Shown: positions 38,939 through 47,588, numbered from the stretch's first letter. The stretch is 64,000 nt of DNA from an uncultured bacterium (GCA_903831805.1 CAIKZD010000009.1:72786-136785); one strand, 5' to 3'. The notes: generated from the letters alone by a model not told the origin. Program-made: numbers and translations.

Positions 38939-40309
38939 ATGTTTATTGAAAAACAAAAACAAAGCAGCCGGTCATTCGGAGTTTGCACCTCGGCTATTTT
39001 GTTGTGCACCCTGTTTTTTATTGGGCCTATTTCGCTAGCCTCAGCTGATGATTGCAAGGTGGCGTGTGATGAAAAATGTGCCTACCTTACTGCGGGTTCT
39101 GATTTGAACCAACAATGCCAAGACCAATGCAAGAGTGATGAACAAAAATGCGAGGCCTTAAACAATCAAGCTGACGCTTACAACAAGCTGATCAAAATTA
39201 GCAATCAAACTCAAGACCTGCTGGCCAATCAGTTGGATACCATCAATCAGCAACAAGCGCAGACCCAACAAACACTGCAATCAGTCCAACAAAAACTGAA
39301 AGACACTTCCAGTCAGATCGACAGCTTGAAAACCGACATTTCCGAAAAAGAAACGGCTGTCGAGTATCAAAAAAAAATCTTGGGTAATTTGATGCAAACC
39401 TATTATGACTATGACCAGCAAGGCGTCTTGGAATTGGTCCTGTGGAACAAGGACATGGCGGTGTCATTCGGCCAGTCGGACTACATCGAACAATCCGGCG
39501 TCAAAGTTTCGGATGTCTTAGATGAGATTAAAAATACTCAGGCGGAACTTTTAATCAGTCAGCAAAAGTTGCAGACGACCTATCAGTTAAACACGGAATT
39601 GAGCGACCAATTCGCTCAAAAAAAAACCGATTTGCAAGATAGTGAAAATCAGAAGCAATATCTTTTGGAAAAAACGCAAGGAGATGAACAGAAATACCAG
39701 CAGATGTTGGCTAATATTGAAAAACAGAAAGCTGAACTGTTTGATTTTAGCGCAGCTTCCAATATTGGCGATGTCCTGGATAGTGTCAAAAATTATCCAA
39801 AACCGGATTCGAAATATTGGGCTTCCACTTCCTGGTATTTTTCTCAAACCGACTCGCGCTGGGGTGACCAACCTATCGGAAATTCCAAATATCTTATGAA
39901 AAATGATGGCTGCGCCGTGGCGTCAGTGGCCATGGTTTTGAAACACTTGGGCGCTAGCATCAACCCGGGCAGTTTAGCCAAAGCCAAAGTCTTTTATGGT
40001 GCCTTGATCAATTGGCCGGGCTCTTGGAGTCCCAATGTCAGTCTGGCTTCATCTATCGGTCATGGCAATGTCGACTGGTCAACCATCAAATCGCAAATTG
40101 ACGCTGGCCACCCAGTCATCGTCCACATAAATAAATCGTCCGGTGGGGGAGGGCATTATGTGGTGGTTACCGGACGTGACAGCAAAGATTACATCGTCCA
40201 TGATCCATACTTTGGAGCCAATCTTTATCTGGGAACTTCCATGTCGCTCATTGGACAAATAGGAACCAATTCTAAAACCAGCATCGACCAAATGATCATT
40301 TACAACTAA
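38939..40309 (+). CDS. secreted coiled-coil protein with C-terminal C39-like papain-fold cysteine peptidase domain
   Basis: Signal peptide; Cys-rich N-terminus (CKVACDEKCAY...CQDQCKSDEQKC); long Q-rich coiled coil; C-terminal NDGCAVASVAMVL...GGGGHYVVVTG...HDPYFG (Peptidase_C39_2-like Cys/His). Confidence 0.55.
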   Translation: MFIEKQKQSSRSFGVCTSAILLCTLFFIGPISLASADDCKVACDEKCAYLTAGSDLNQQCQDQCKSDEQKCEALNNQADAYNKLIKISNQTQDLLANQLDTINQQQAQTQQTLQSVQQKLKDTSSQIDSLKTDISEKETAVEYQKKILGNLMQTYYDYDQQGVLELVLWNKDMAVSFGQSDYIEQSGVKVSDVLDEIKNTQAELLISQQKLQTTYQLNTELSDQFAQKKTDLQDSENQKQYLLEKTQGDEQKYQQMLANIEKQKAELFDFSAASNIGDVLDSVKNYPKPDSKYWASTSWYFSQTDSRWGDQPIGNSKYLMKNDGCAVASVAMVLKHLGASINPGSLAKAKVFYGALINWPGSWSPNVSLASSIGHGNVDWSTIKSQIDAGHPVIVHINKSSGGGGHYVVVTGRDSKDYIVHDPYFGANLYLGTSMSLIGQIGTNSKTSIDQMIIYN

Positions 40310-40395
40310 AATATTTTCTGAAAATGTATTTTTGATTAAAATAATTTATTCGTTCTACTTTTTTATTATTTTTGTGAAAATAGAAAGTGAGTTAT

Positions 40396-40441
40396 GAATC
40401 AATTATCTTATACACTAGATTCCTGCCTACACAAGAATGAC
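40396..40441. repeat. family C MITE-like half element
   Basis: ACACTAGATTCCTGCCTACACAAGAATGACA matches the right half of the 43549 element. Confidence 0.55.
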
Positions 40442-40665
40442 ACGGAAAAACGACCTCCAAAATTGAGCTGTGAGCGATTTGGCATCTTATGAGATAGATA
40501 TACCTATATGAGATTAGGCCAAAGAGAGGGGCTAATTATACTAGATAAGCATCTTAGCTAGGTTAAGCCTAGAAAGGCTTTAAATGGAGTTTAAATAATA
40601 CTCAGTGTCGCATAACCTACATTATGCGACGTCCTATCTATTTCTCCATCCCTCTCCCCTAGACT

Positions 40666-40704
40666 AAAAAACCAGTTTCTTGAAAACTGGTTTTTTGTTT
40701 TTTT
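40666..40704. terminator. bidirectional rho-independent terminator
   Basis: AAAAAACCAGTTT-cttga-AAACTGGTTTTTTGTTTTTTT. Confidence 0.7.
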
Positions 40705-40719
40705 CGATTGAATTTTTTC

Positions 40720-41109
40720 CTACTCCTCCTCTTTATGCTTGCGATAATCTTCTATCGCCGCAGTCAGCGCTTCGCTGGATAGATTTGAACAATGCATTTT
40801 TATCGGCGGCAAACCTTCCAAGGCCTCAGCCACATCGTCGCGCGTGATTTTCAAAGCATCTGTGAGAGTCTTGCCTTTGGCCAAATCCGTGACCATAGAT
40901 GAGGTGGCAATGGCACTGGCGCACCCTAGGGTCTCAAATTTGATGTCCTCTATCACCTCTTCCTTTTTTTTCTTTTTCACTTTGATATAAATTTTCATCA
41001 CATCGCCGCAAGTCGGATTGCCGACGATGCCGACGCCAGAAGGATTTTTCATTTCGCCTTGATTATGCGGATGCATAAAATGCTCGAGAACTTTTTTTGA
41101 ATATATCAT
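40720..41109 (-). CDS. iscU: Fe-S cluster assembly scaffold IscU
   Basis: GNPTCGD...LGCASAIATSSM...LPPIKMHCS motifs; start placed at MIYSKKVLEHF (the ORF-track start at 41124 lies in the MITE terminus). Confidence 0.85.
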   Translation of the reverse strand: MIYSKKVLEHFMHPHNQGEMKNPSGVGIVGNPTCGDVMKIYIKVKKKKKEEVIEDIKFETLGCASAIATSSMVTDLAKGKTLTDALKITRDDVAEALEGLPPIKMHCSNLSSEALTAAIEDYRKHKEEE

Positions 41110-41118
41110 AATATAAGT

Positions 41119-41275
41119 TGTCATCCTGAGCGGAGTGAGTCGCCAACGAGGCGACGAACGCAGTCGAAGGATCTGCTATGCATTACCACAAGCATTGTGA
41201 TTTATAGTAATACTAGTGATTACACAAAGCAGATTCTTCGACTTCGTCCGAGTACGGACTTCGCTCAGAATGACA
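41119..41275. mobile_element. family A MITE-like element between iscS and iscU
   Basis: TGTCATCCTGAGCGGAGTGAGTCGC...GCAGATTCTTCGACTTCG...CGCTCAGAATGACA. Confidence 0.85.
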
Positions 41276-41282
41276 TAGTTAG

Positions 41283-42527
41283 TTAAGGGTTCTTAATTTT
41301 ATTTGCGTAGTAGTCTTCCAAAATATTGCCGGAAATTTTTCGCAGATCTGTAATTATTTTTTTGAGTTGTTTCACTGTTTCGTCGATTTCTTTTTTGGTC
41401 GTCTGTTTTCCGAGTGTCAGCCGCAATGAGCCATGCGCCTCTTCCGCTTTCATACCAAGTGACATCAGGACATGCGACGGTGAGAGCGAACCAGATGAAC
41501 AAGCGGAACCGGTTGAAGCGGCAATGCCAGCGGCGTCCAGCATGATGAGTAGACTCTCCCCTTCCACATCAGAAAAACTAAAATTGGCATTGTTAGGTGA
41601 ACGTTTTCGGCGCGATCCATTCAATTTAGTTTTGGGAATTTCTTTGAGAACTTTTTCAATCAAGTAATCCCTTAGCTCTGTGATTTTCTTACTATTCTTA
41701 ATTCGTAATTCATAATTCATAATTCCAGAAATTGCCGTGCCCAGACCAACAATCCCGGTTGAATTGAGCGTCCCGGCCCGCATGCCGTTTTCTTGCGCTC
41801 CGCCGTCCTGGATCATCTTAATGGGTGTGCCTTTTTTGACATAGAGCGCGCCAACACCTTTCGGGCCATAAATCTTATGCGCCGACATACTCATCAGATC
41901 AACGCCCAATTTTTTCACATTACAGTCAAAATAGTTGACGGCCTGCGTGGCGTCAGTATGGAAAATTAGCTGATAGTTTTTAGCCCTTAGTCTATTAGCC
42001 TCCTTTACAATCTTTCCGATTTGCATAATCGGTTGTACTGTGCCGATTTCATTGTTCACATACATTACGGTTACTAGAATAGTGTTGGGTTGGATGGCTT
42101 TTTTGACCTCTTCCACCCGAATAACCCCGTCTTTTTGCGGAGCAACATAAGTCGCCTCAATTAAACCTTCTTTTTCCAATTTTTTGATTGTATGTAGGAC
42201 ACAATGGTGTTCAAAGACTGTGGTGATAATGTGCGGTTTGATATTCCTGTTTTCTGGCTTAGTATAATACGCTTTGACCACACCCTTTATTGCAAGATTA
42301 TTCGACTCCGTGGCGCCGCTGGTGAAAATGATTTCTTCTTTATTATCCACCTCGAAAAAATCAGCTGTCACTTGGCGCGCCTTTTCCACCGCCTCACTCG
42401 CCTCCATGCCGAAGCTATGTAGTGATGAAGCATTGCCGAACTTTTCCGAAAAATATGGCAGCATACTGTCCAAAACTTTTTTATCGACCGGCGTGGTGGC
42501 CGCGTAATCGAGGTAGATTCGTTTCAT
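41283..42527 (-). CDS. iscS: cysteine desulfurase (IscS/NifS)
   Basis: PLP-binding SAHKIYGPKGVGALYV and active-site SSGSACSSGS. Confidence 0.9.
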   Translation of the reverse strand: MKRIYLDYAATTPVDKKVLDSMLPYFSEKFGNASSLHSFGMEASEAVEKARQVTADFFEVDNKEEIIFTSGATESNNLAIKGVVKAYYTKPENRNIKPHIITTVFEHHCVLHTIKKLEKEGLIEATYVAPQKDGVIRVEEVKKAIQPNTILVTVMYVNNEIGTVQPIMQIGKIVKEANRLRAKNYQLIFHTDATQAVNYFDCNVKKLGVDLMSMSAHKIYGPKGVGALYVKKGTPIKMIQDGGAQENGMRAGTLNSTGIVGLGTAISGIMNYELRIKNSKKITELRDYLIEKVLKEIPKTKLNGSRRKRSPNNANFSFSDVEGESLLIMLDAAGIAASTGSACSSGSLSPSHVLMSLGMKAEEAHGSLRLTLGKQTTKKEIDETVKQLKKIITDLRKISGNILEDYYANKIKNP

Positions 42528-42538
42528 AAACTAAGTCC

Positions 42539-42663
42539 TGTCATTGCGAGGGAGCGTAGCGACCGCGGCAATCTCGTAATTTAATTCACCAAAACTTAAC
42601 ACTTAGACTTGTGAAATAAACCGCGAGATTGCTTCGCTGCACTGCGTTTCGCTCGCAATGACA
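42539..42663. mobile_element. MITE-like element, family B (TGTCATTGCGAG...CTCGCAATGACA) between iscR and iscS
   Basis: 125-bp imperfect palindrome with TGTCAT-type ends related to family A. Confidence 0.8.
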
Positions 42664-42673
42664 ATTATATTTA

Positions 42674-43060
42674 TTATTTTATTAAATCTGACAACTTTAT
42701 CCCATACAACGTCTTCCTAATCTGTTCCCCTAGCTTTATCCAGACAAAACTGGAGGGGCATTTTTTGACTTGGACGCAGTGCGTGTCCATACACTTGGAG
42801 GTGAATGTTCCTTCCATCACTTCGATCACTTCCCCAGCCGAAATCTTTTTGGGATTTCTGGCTAAAATATATCCTCCATCTTTACCCTTAAAACTTTTCA
42901 CGATTTCTTTTTTCCTCAACTCCCCAATTAGCCGTTCCAAATATTTCAGCGAAATATTTTCCTCCGCGGCAATGTCTTTCGTGTTTTTGATGGTCGGATA
43001 GCTTCTGGCCAAATTGACCGCCAGCCTGAGGCCATACTCCCCTTTCATGGAAAATTTCAT
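42674..43060 (-). CDS. iscR: Rrf2 family transcriptional regulator (IscR-like)
   Basis: wHTH N-terminus (MKGEYGLRLAVNLA); three Cys CMDTHCVQVKKC spaced as in IscR cluster ligands; located upstream of iscS-iscU. Confidence 0.7.
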   Translation of the reverse strand: MKFSMKGEYGLRLAVNLARSYPTIKNTKDIAAEENISLKYLERLIGELRKKEIVKSFKGKDGGYILARNPKKISAGEVIEVMEGTFTSKCMDTHCVQVKKCPSSFVWIKLGEQIRKTLYGIKLSDLIK

Positions 43061-43151
43061 TATTTTAATATCCTACTCAATTAGTATGATATAATATTAG
43101 CATAGCTAAAAAAGTTGTCAACACATTAAAAATCTTTCTAATAAAAGAATG

Positions 43152-43189
43152 AATAAAAAACATGGGCTACCCGCAAGGCGGGTAGCCCA
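43152..43189 (-). terminator. rho-independent terminator
   Basis: GGGCTACCCGC-aag-GCGGGTAGCCC with T6 on the minus strand. Confidence 0.7.
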
Positions 43190-43206
43190 CAACCGAATAT
43201 TTAAGG

Positions 43207-43521
43207 CTAAAATAGAGTTTTTCCGGAGATATTTTTAATATTATCTATCCTCCAATAAGTACAAACGTACATACCTCTGAAACTACCTTTCTCCACGAGC
43301 CGTAATACGGCCACGTATTTATTATGGAGAAAAATAGGAGAATATTTCTCACCGACACCGAGGATTATCCCAACGTTCTTGCTCCTGCTATTGAGAACCC
43401 TCATTCCAGCCTTGATTCCAACATTATTCACGATTGCCTCCTTTTTGCTTTTGTGAACTTTTGGCCTATAAAACAAATCATTGTAACTTATAATTCTATA
43501 GTAAGAACCCCCAATTGTCAA
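43207..43521 (-). CDS. hypothetical protein
   Basis: 104 aa ORF with good terminator; no motif recognised. Confidence 0.35.
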   Translation of the reverse strand: MTIGGSYYRIISYNDLFYRPKVHKSKKEAIVNNVGIKAGMRVLNSRSKNVGIILGVGEKYSPIFLHNKYVAVLRLVEKGSFRGMYVCTYWRIDNIKNISGKTLF

Positions 43522-43548
43522 TAGTTGTCTTGTATATTATACTTAACT

Positions 43549-43629
43549 TGTCATTCCCGTGAAAACGGGAATCCAGTCGCAAATCATTAAGTTTCTACAC
43601 TAGATTCCTGCCTACGCAGGAATGACAAA
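43549..43629. repeat. family C MITE-like element
   Basis: TGTCATTCCCGtgaaaaCGGGAATCCAG...CTAGATTCCTGCCTACGCAGGAATGACA. Confidence 0.8.
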
Positions 43630-43646
43630 TTAAAAGTAATAGTTTT

Positions 43647-44771
43647 ATGCGCATTTCCTATTCCGCTTTCGACACCTATCAAAATTGTCCGCTGAAATAT
43701 AAATATCAGAATATTGATAAGATAAAAACCCCAAAATCCAAGGAGGCGGTTTTTGGGTCGGTGCTGCATGATACGATGAAATTCATCCATACGCCCGGCA
43801 TCCTGTCCCCTACCTTGGATCAGGCTATGGAACATTTTTCCAATGTGTGGAATCCGGGAGTGTTCGAAAATGCAGACGAAGAACGGGCGGCTTTTTCACA
43901 AGGCGTGAAAATCATCCAGGACTATTATCAGAAAAACAATCCGGCCGATTTCAACATTGTCACTTTGGAATCGCGCTTTCAGATTGAAATCGGACCGACT
44001 GACAATAAGCATATCATTTCCGGCATCATTGACCGCATTGATCGGGTCGGCGACGGATTTGAAATCATCGATTACAAAACCACCAAAAAAATGCCGACGC
44101 AAGAAAAAGTGGACCATGACATCCAGCTGACCGTCTACTTGCAAGCTTTTCTCTCGCTCTATCCGAAAGAGATTGCCAATCTGGGCAACTTGAAAGTCAG
44201 TTTATATTTCTTGAAACACGGCGTGAAACTTTCCGCTCCGCGCACCGAAGAGCAGCTCCAAGAAACGGAAAAAGTTTTTTTGGAAACAATCCAGCTCATC
44301 GAGGAACAGAAATTCGAACCACATGTTTCACCTCTGTGCGCTTGGTGCGGCTATCAGAATATCTGCCCGATGTGGAAACATAAATTCAAGGAGGCACGAA
44401 AAATCGACACGACTGAAATCAATGCCGCCATTGCGGAATTCATCGATCTTCGGTCCGCCATGATTCTCACCAAAGAACGTTTGGGAAAATTACAAGAAAT
44501 CATCGCGCAATATATGGAACAAGAAGGCGTGGAGCGCGTCTTTGGCGAGAGCGGCATCATCGCCACCACCCTGCGGAAAACTTATAAATATGACGAGAAA
44601 AGATTACGCGAAATTCTCGAACCATTGCAACATTGGGAAGATGTTTTGAAAGTGGATGGCATCGCGCTTAAAAATATTCTCGGGGTCTTGCCCTTACCGG
44701 CGCAGAAAGAAGTGGAAAAAGCTAAAATAGTGGACAAGGAAACGAAGAGTTTGAGTGTGAAGAAAAAATAA
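43647..44771 (+). CDS. PD-(D/E)xK nuclease with Cas4/AddB-type Fe-S cluster cysteines (RecB-family exonuclease)
   Basis: N-terminal QNCPLKY; IIDRIDRV...IIDYKT (D...D/ExK); QLTVY; C-terminal CAWCGYQNIC. Confidence 0.7.
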   Translation: MRISYSAFDTYQNCPLKYKYQNIDKIKTPKSKEAVFGSVLHDTMKFIHTPGILSPTLDQAMEHFSNVWNPGVFENADEERAAFSQGVKIIQDYYQKNNPADFNIVTLESRFQIEIGPTDNKHIISGIIDRIDRVGDGFEIIDYKTTKKMPTQEKVDHDIQLTVYLQAFLSLYPKEIANLGNLKVSLYFLKHGVKLSAPRTEEQLQETEKVFLETIQLIEEQKFEPHVSPLCAWCGYQNICPMWKHKFKEARKIDTTEINAAIAEFIDLRSAMILTKERLGKLQEIIAQYMEQEGVERVFGESGIIATTLRKTYKYDEKRLREILEPLQHWEDVLKVDGIALKNILGVLPLPAQKEVEKAKIVDKETKSLSVKKK

Positions 44772-44780
44772 ATTGCTATA

Positions 44781-45242
44781 ATGGAAAAAATACACCAAAA
44801 ATTTAAAGCCCTCCTTAGACACTTTTTTCTTATCGATGACTCACCGCACAAAGTGGCGGGCGGCGTGGCGGTGGGAATTTTTATGGGCATCGTACCGGGT
44901 GAAGGAATCCTCAGTACGCTCTTTGTTGCCTACATTCTCCGGCTGAATCGATTAGCAGCTTTGACTGCGATTGTGGCCGTCAATATGTGGACGACCATCC
45001 TAACTTTGCCTCTGGCGGCCATTGTGGGCGGTTTCCTTTTCAGAGTCAGCCCTCAATCGCTCACCAACAGCTTTCACACCACCTATACCCTCGGTTGGAA
45101 TTATTTTTTCAGCAAAATCATCCTCTTCGAGCTGGTCCTGCCCCTCATGGTCGGCTTCATCGTCGTCGCCCTGATCATTTCCTTGTCATTCTATCTGATT
45201 ATCTATTTTTCACTGAAGCATAAGAAAATTAAATTTCAATAA
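44781..45242 (+). CDS. DUF2062-family membrane protein
   Basis: KVAGGVAVGIFMGIVP motif and three TM helices. Confidence 0.6.
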   Translation: MEKIHQKFKALLRHFFLIDDSPHKVAGGVAVGIFMGIVPGEGILSTLFVAYILRLNRLAALTAIVAVNMWTTILTLPLAAIVGGFLFRVSPQSLTNSFHTTYTLGWNYFFSKIILFELVLPLMVGFIVVALIISLSFYLIIYFSLKHKKIKFQ

Positions 45243-45247
45243 AAAAA

Positions 45248-45285
45248 GCATACTCGAACAATTGTGTTGGTATGCTTTAAAAATT
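45248..45285 (+). terminator. hairpin terminator
   Basis: GCATAC-loop-GTATGC followed by TTTAAAAATT. Confidence 0.4.
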
Positions 45286-45290
45286 CAAAC

Positions 45291-45475
45291 TGGAGACCCT
45301 GGAAGGATTTGAACCTCCGACACATTTCATCGAATCTATCTGTTATTTTCTTTGGATTTATCGCGCGATTCAATCCAAACAGAATTACAGATACTTCAAT
45401 AAAACTCGCCTACGCGGTACTTTGCTTGGCGTCCGGATTATCATTCCGGTGCTCTACCGATTGAGCTACAGGGTC
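45291..45475 (-). tRNA. tRNA-Ile (anticodon GAT) gene interrupted by a 109-nt insertion between anticodon arm and T-arm
   Basis: 5' part GACCCTG-TA-GCTCAATCGGTAGAGC-A-CCGGA-ATGATAA-TCCGG (45475..45433); 3' part GTGTC-GGAGG-TTCAAAT-CCTTC-CAGGGTC-T-CCA (45323..45291). Acceptor halves are perfectly complementary; the insert spans 45324..45432. Confidence 0.7.
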
Positions 45476-45496
45476 ATATTCACAGTTAGAAATATT

Positions 45497-45570
45497 TGGC
45501 TGGAGGACCAGGATTCGAACCTGGGATAATGGGGTCAGAGCCCATCGCCTTACCGCTTGGCCACCCTCCA
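45497..45570 (-). tRNA. tRNA-Gln (anticodon CTG)
   Basis: TGGAGGG-TG-GCCAAGCGGTAAGGC-G-ATGGG-CTCTGAC-CCCAT-TATC-CCAGG-TTCGAAT-CCTGG-TCCTCCA-G-CCA; close to E. coli tRNA-Gln. Confidence 0.9.
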
Positions 45571-45591
45571 GCACAAAAGAAAGAACTTACG

Positions 45592-45620
45592 CAATAAAAA
45601 AATCCTAGCAAACGCTAGGA
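45592..45620. terminator. bidirectional hairpin terminator
   Basis: AATCCTAGC-aaac-GCTAGGATT flanked by A7 and T5. Confidence 0.6.
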
Positions 45621-45637
45621 TTTTTGTCAACTATTTC

Positions 45638-45794
45638 TGTCATCCTGAGCGGAGTGAGTCGCTGACGAGGCGACGAACGCAGTCGAAGGATCTGCCAGAG
45701 GTTACCGCAAGACTTGCGATTTATAGGAAAACTAATGGTTACACAAAGTAGATTCTTCGACTGCGCCCGAGTACGGGCTTCGCTCAGAATGACA
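45638..45794. mobile_element. family A MITE-like element
   Basis: TGTCATCCTGAGCGGAGTGAGTCGC...CGCTCAGAATGACA, 157 bp. Confidence 0.85.
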
Positions 45795-45820
45795 GTTCTT
45801 TTAAAATACAGGGACAAGAA

Positions 45821-46537
45821 TTAGTTTTTTATCACCGTCCCCTGAAATTTCCCTCCATCCAAAATATTTTTTAAATTCTTGAGATTTTTTCCGTCGGCAA
45901 TGATGACGGTGGCGTTGATTTTTTGCGCCAGTTTGGAAGCGATCGGATCGAAGGGGGCGTTGAGGCCCGGGTCCCAATGATTGCCGACAATGCGCCTGAA
46001 ATCTTTCCAGCTGATCTGTTTTATTTCTTTGGCATCCTTGAATTTGTGCGGATCTTTGTCACAAACATATTTAATATTGGAAAGATTGATGATTGTTGCG
46101 GCGCCCAAGCGTTCAGCCAAAATCGTGGCCACATAGTCCGTCGACCAACCCGGCCGCCAACCGGCTGCAATCATAATCTTCTCACCATGTGCAAAATGTT
46201 CTTGAATGTCCGCCTTGGTTTTGGGATTCTTGTTGATGCGCGGATGGGCGTAGGCCCGGAAAATAGTCTTCAAGAGATGGGCGTTCATCCGAGTGGCGTG
46301 GATCCCGAGCCAATCCTGGTCATCACGCGTGACGGAAGCTGTCACCTTGGCGGCTGCCTGGATATATTCCCTGGCGGTGTAACCCCCACCGGTGATGAGG
46401 ACGAATTTTTTACCTTTTTTAATTTCAGCAATAATTAACTCACGGAATTTTTTCAAAAATTGCCAATCAATTTTTTCCGGCACGATAAGTGAGCCGCCGA
46501 GAGAAATGACAATGATGTTGTTTTTTAAGTCAGACAT
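45821..46537 (-). CDS. amino-acid-kinase family protein, UMP kinase-like (archaeal type)
   Basis: IVISLGGSLI, VLITGGG and GWRPGWSTD motifs; start placed at MSDLKNN (the ORF-track start at 46564 lies in the AT-rich repeat). Confidence 0.55.
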   Translation of the reverse strand: MSDLKNNIIVISLGGSLIVPEKIDWQFLKKFRELIIAEIKKGKKFVLITGGGYTAREYIQAAAKVTASVTRDDQDWLGIHATRMNAHLLKTIFRAYAHPRINKNPKTKADIQEHFAHGEKIMIAAGWRPGWSTDYVATILAERLGAATIINLSNIKYVCDKDPHKFKDAKEIKQISWKDFRRIVGNHWDPGLNAPFDPIASKLAQKINATVIIADGKNLKNLKNILDGGKFQGTVIKN

Positions 46538-46540
46538 AAT

Positions 46541-46660
46541 GTTGTGTGCAATTTCAAATATCAAATTACAAATGTCAAATAAATTTCAAAATCCAAATGT
46601 CTAAATTTTTTTTAATCATTTAGTCATTAGGATTTTATTTGAAATTTGGATTTTGTCATT
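46541..46660. repeat. AT-rich palindromic repeat, family D
   Basis: AAATAAATTTCAAAATCCAAATGTC...GACAAAATCCAAATTTCAAATAAA; paralog of the 20476-20615 block. Confidence 0.6.
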
Positions 46661-46671
46661 GGGCTTTTTTA

Positions 46672-47091
46672 CTATTTAACGCAGCCTTTATCCGGCAAGT
46701 ACCCTTTCGATTGTGCCTCATCTGGCGAAGAAAAGCAAACACGGTTTTCCGGCTTGATATTTTTAGCAAAACGACAAGTCGGCAAATGGTATTTATTCGA
46801 GTTCTTGCTGCCAAGGTAGGCACAATTTTGGGGCAGCTGTAGGACGCCAGTCTGGTCAACAGGAGCGCTAGTGGTCAAATTCTGAGCCTGAGCAGGGTCT
46901 TTAGGGACAAAATCCTGACTAGCTGCCGGTTTTTCAATGACCAAGGGTTTTTGGCTCAAACCAGCGCCCTTTAAACTACCTGCTTCAAACGAGATGACCA
47001 CAGCCAAAACCAGCCCGAAAACCAGCACTATTTTAGCTTCATATTTCTCCCAAAAAACCTTTATTCTTATTTTCCAATCGTTTTTATCCAT
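46672..47091 (-). CDS. membrane-anchored protein with C-terminal Ada-like zinc-binding domain
   Basis: N-terminal TM; C-terminal YHLPTCRFAKNIKPENRVCFSSPDEAQSKGYLPDKGC parallels Ada N-terminal FCRPSCRARHALRENVSFYANASEALAAGFRPCKRC. Confidence 0.45.
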   Translation of the reverse strand: MDKNDWKIRIKVFWEKYEAKIVLVFGLVLAVVISFEAGSLKGAGLSQKPLVIEKPAASQDFVPKDPAQAQNLTTSAPVDQTGVLQLPQNCAYLGSKNSNKYHLPTCRFAKNIKPENRVCFSSPDEAQSKGYLPDKGCVK

Positions 47092-47295
47092 AGTTGTTAC
47101 TTGACATTATAGCACATAATTGATAAGATAAATTGTAATTGGAATATGGCTATCCCGCATAAAATTCTGACAGAGATTTATCTGGTTTAGAAATTTAATG
47201 AAGATGGTCAAGTTTTAAAATAATTTAACTTTATATAGAGCGAATTTTTGCGGGATGCTCATTTTTGTTCCTGCTCGCTTCGCTCTCAGACAAAA

Positions 47296-47568
47296 ATGGC
47301 ACATAGAAAAGCTGGTGGGTCTACCGCCCTTGGACGAGACTCGGTTTCCAAAAGGCTGGGTGTGAAGAAATTCGGTGGCGAAAAAATCACTCCGGGACAA
47401 ATCATTGTTCGTCAACGCGGCACTAAATTTAAGCCTGGAAAAAATGTGAAGCGCGCCGAAGATGATACGCTCTTCGCCATGAAGGAAGGCGCAGTGAAAT
47501 TCACTACTAAGAAAATCAAGAGTTTCACCGGACGATTAGTCACAAGAAAAGTGATTTCAGTGGAATAA
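47296..47568 (+). CDS. rpmA: 50S ribosomal protein bL27 (with about 18-aa C-terminal extension)
   Basis: [16 protein letters not shown]...[10 protein letters not shown]; start at 47296 rather than the ORF-track start at 47248. Confidence 0.9.
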   Translation: MAHRKAGGSTALGRDSVSKRLGVKKFGGEKITPGQIIVRQRGTKFKPGKNVKRAEDDTLFAMKEGAVKFTTKKIKSFTGRLVTRKVISVE

Positions 47569-47588
47569 TTTGCAACTTGTTTTTATAT

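Noticed and set aside
40130-40160. Family E GC-rich element copy (GGTGGGGGAGGGC) inside the C39-like gene
   Set aside because: It has no palindromic partner arm. It simply encodes a Gly run (SGGGGH), so it is a coincidental match.
41110-41124. Annotated ORF-track start of iscU at 41124
   Set aside because: The first ATG lies inside the MITE terminus (TGTCAT). Homology to IscU begins at MIYSKKVLEHF, so 41109 was used as the start.
45264-45464. 66-aa ORF on + strand
   Set aside because: It overlaps the minus-strand tRNA-Ile gene and its insertion.
45923-46438. 171-aa ORF on + strand
   Set aside because: It is antisense to the UMP-kinase-like gene.
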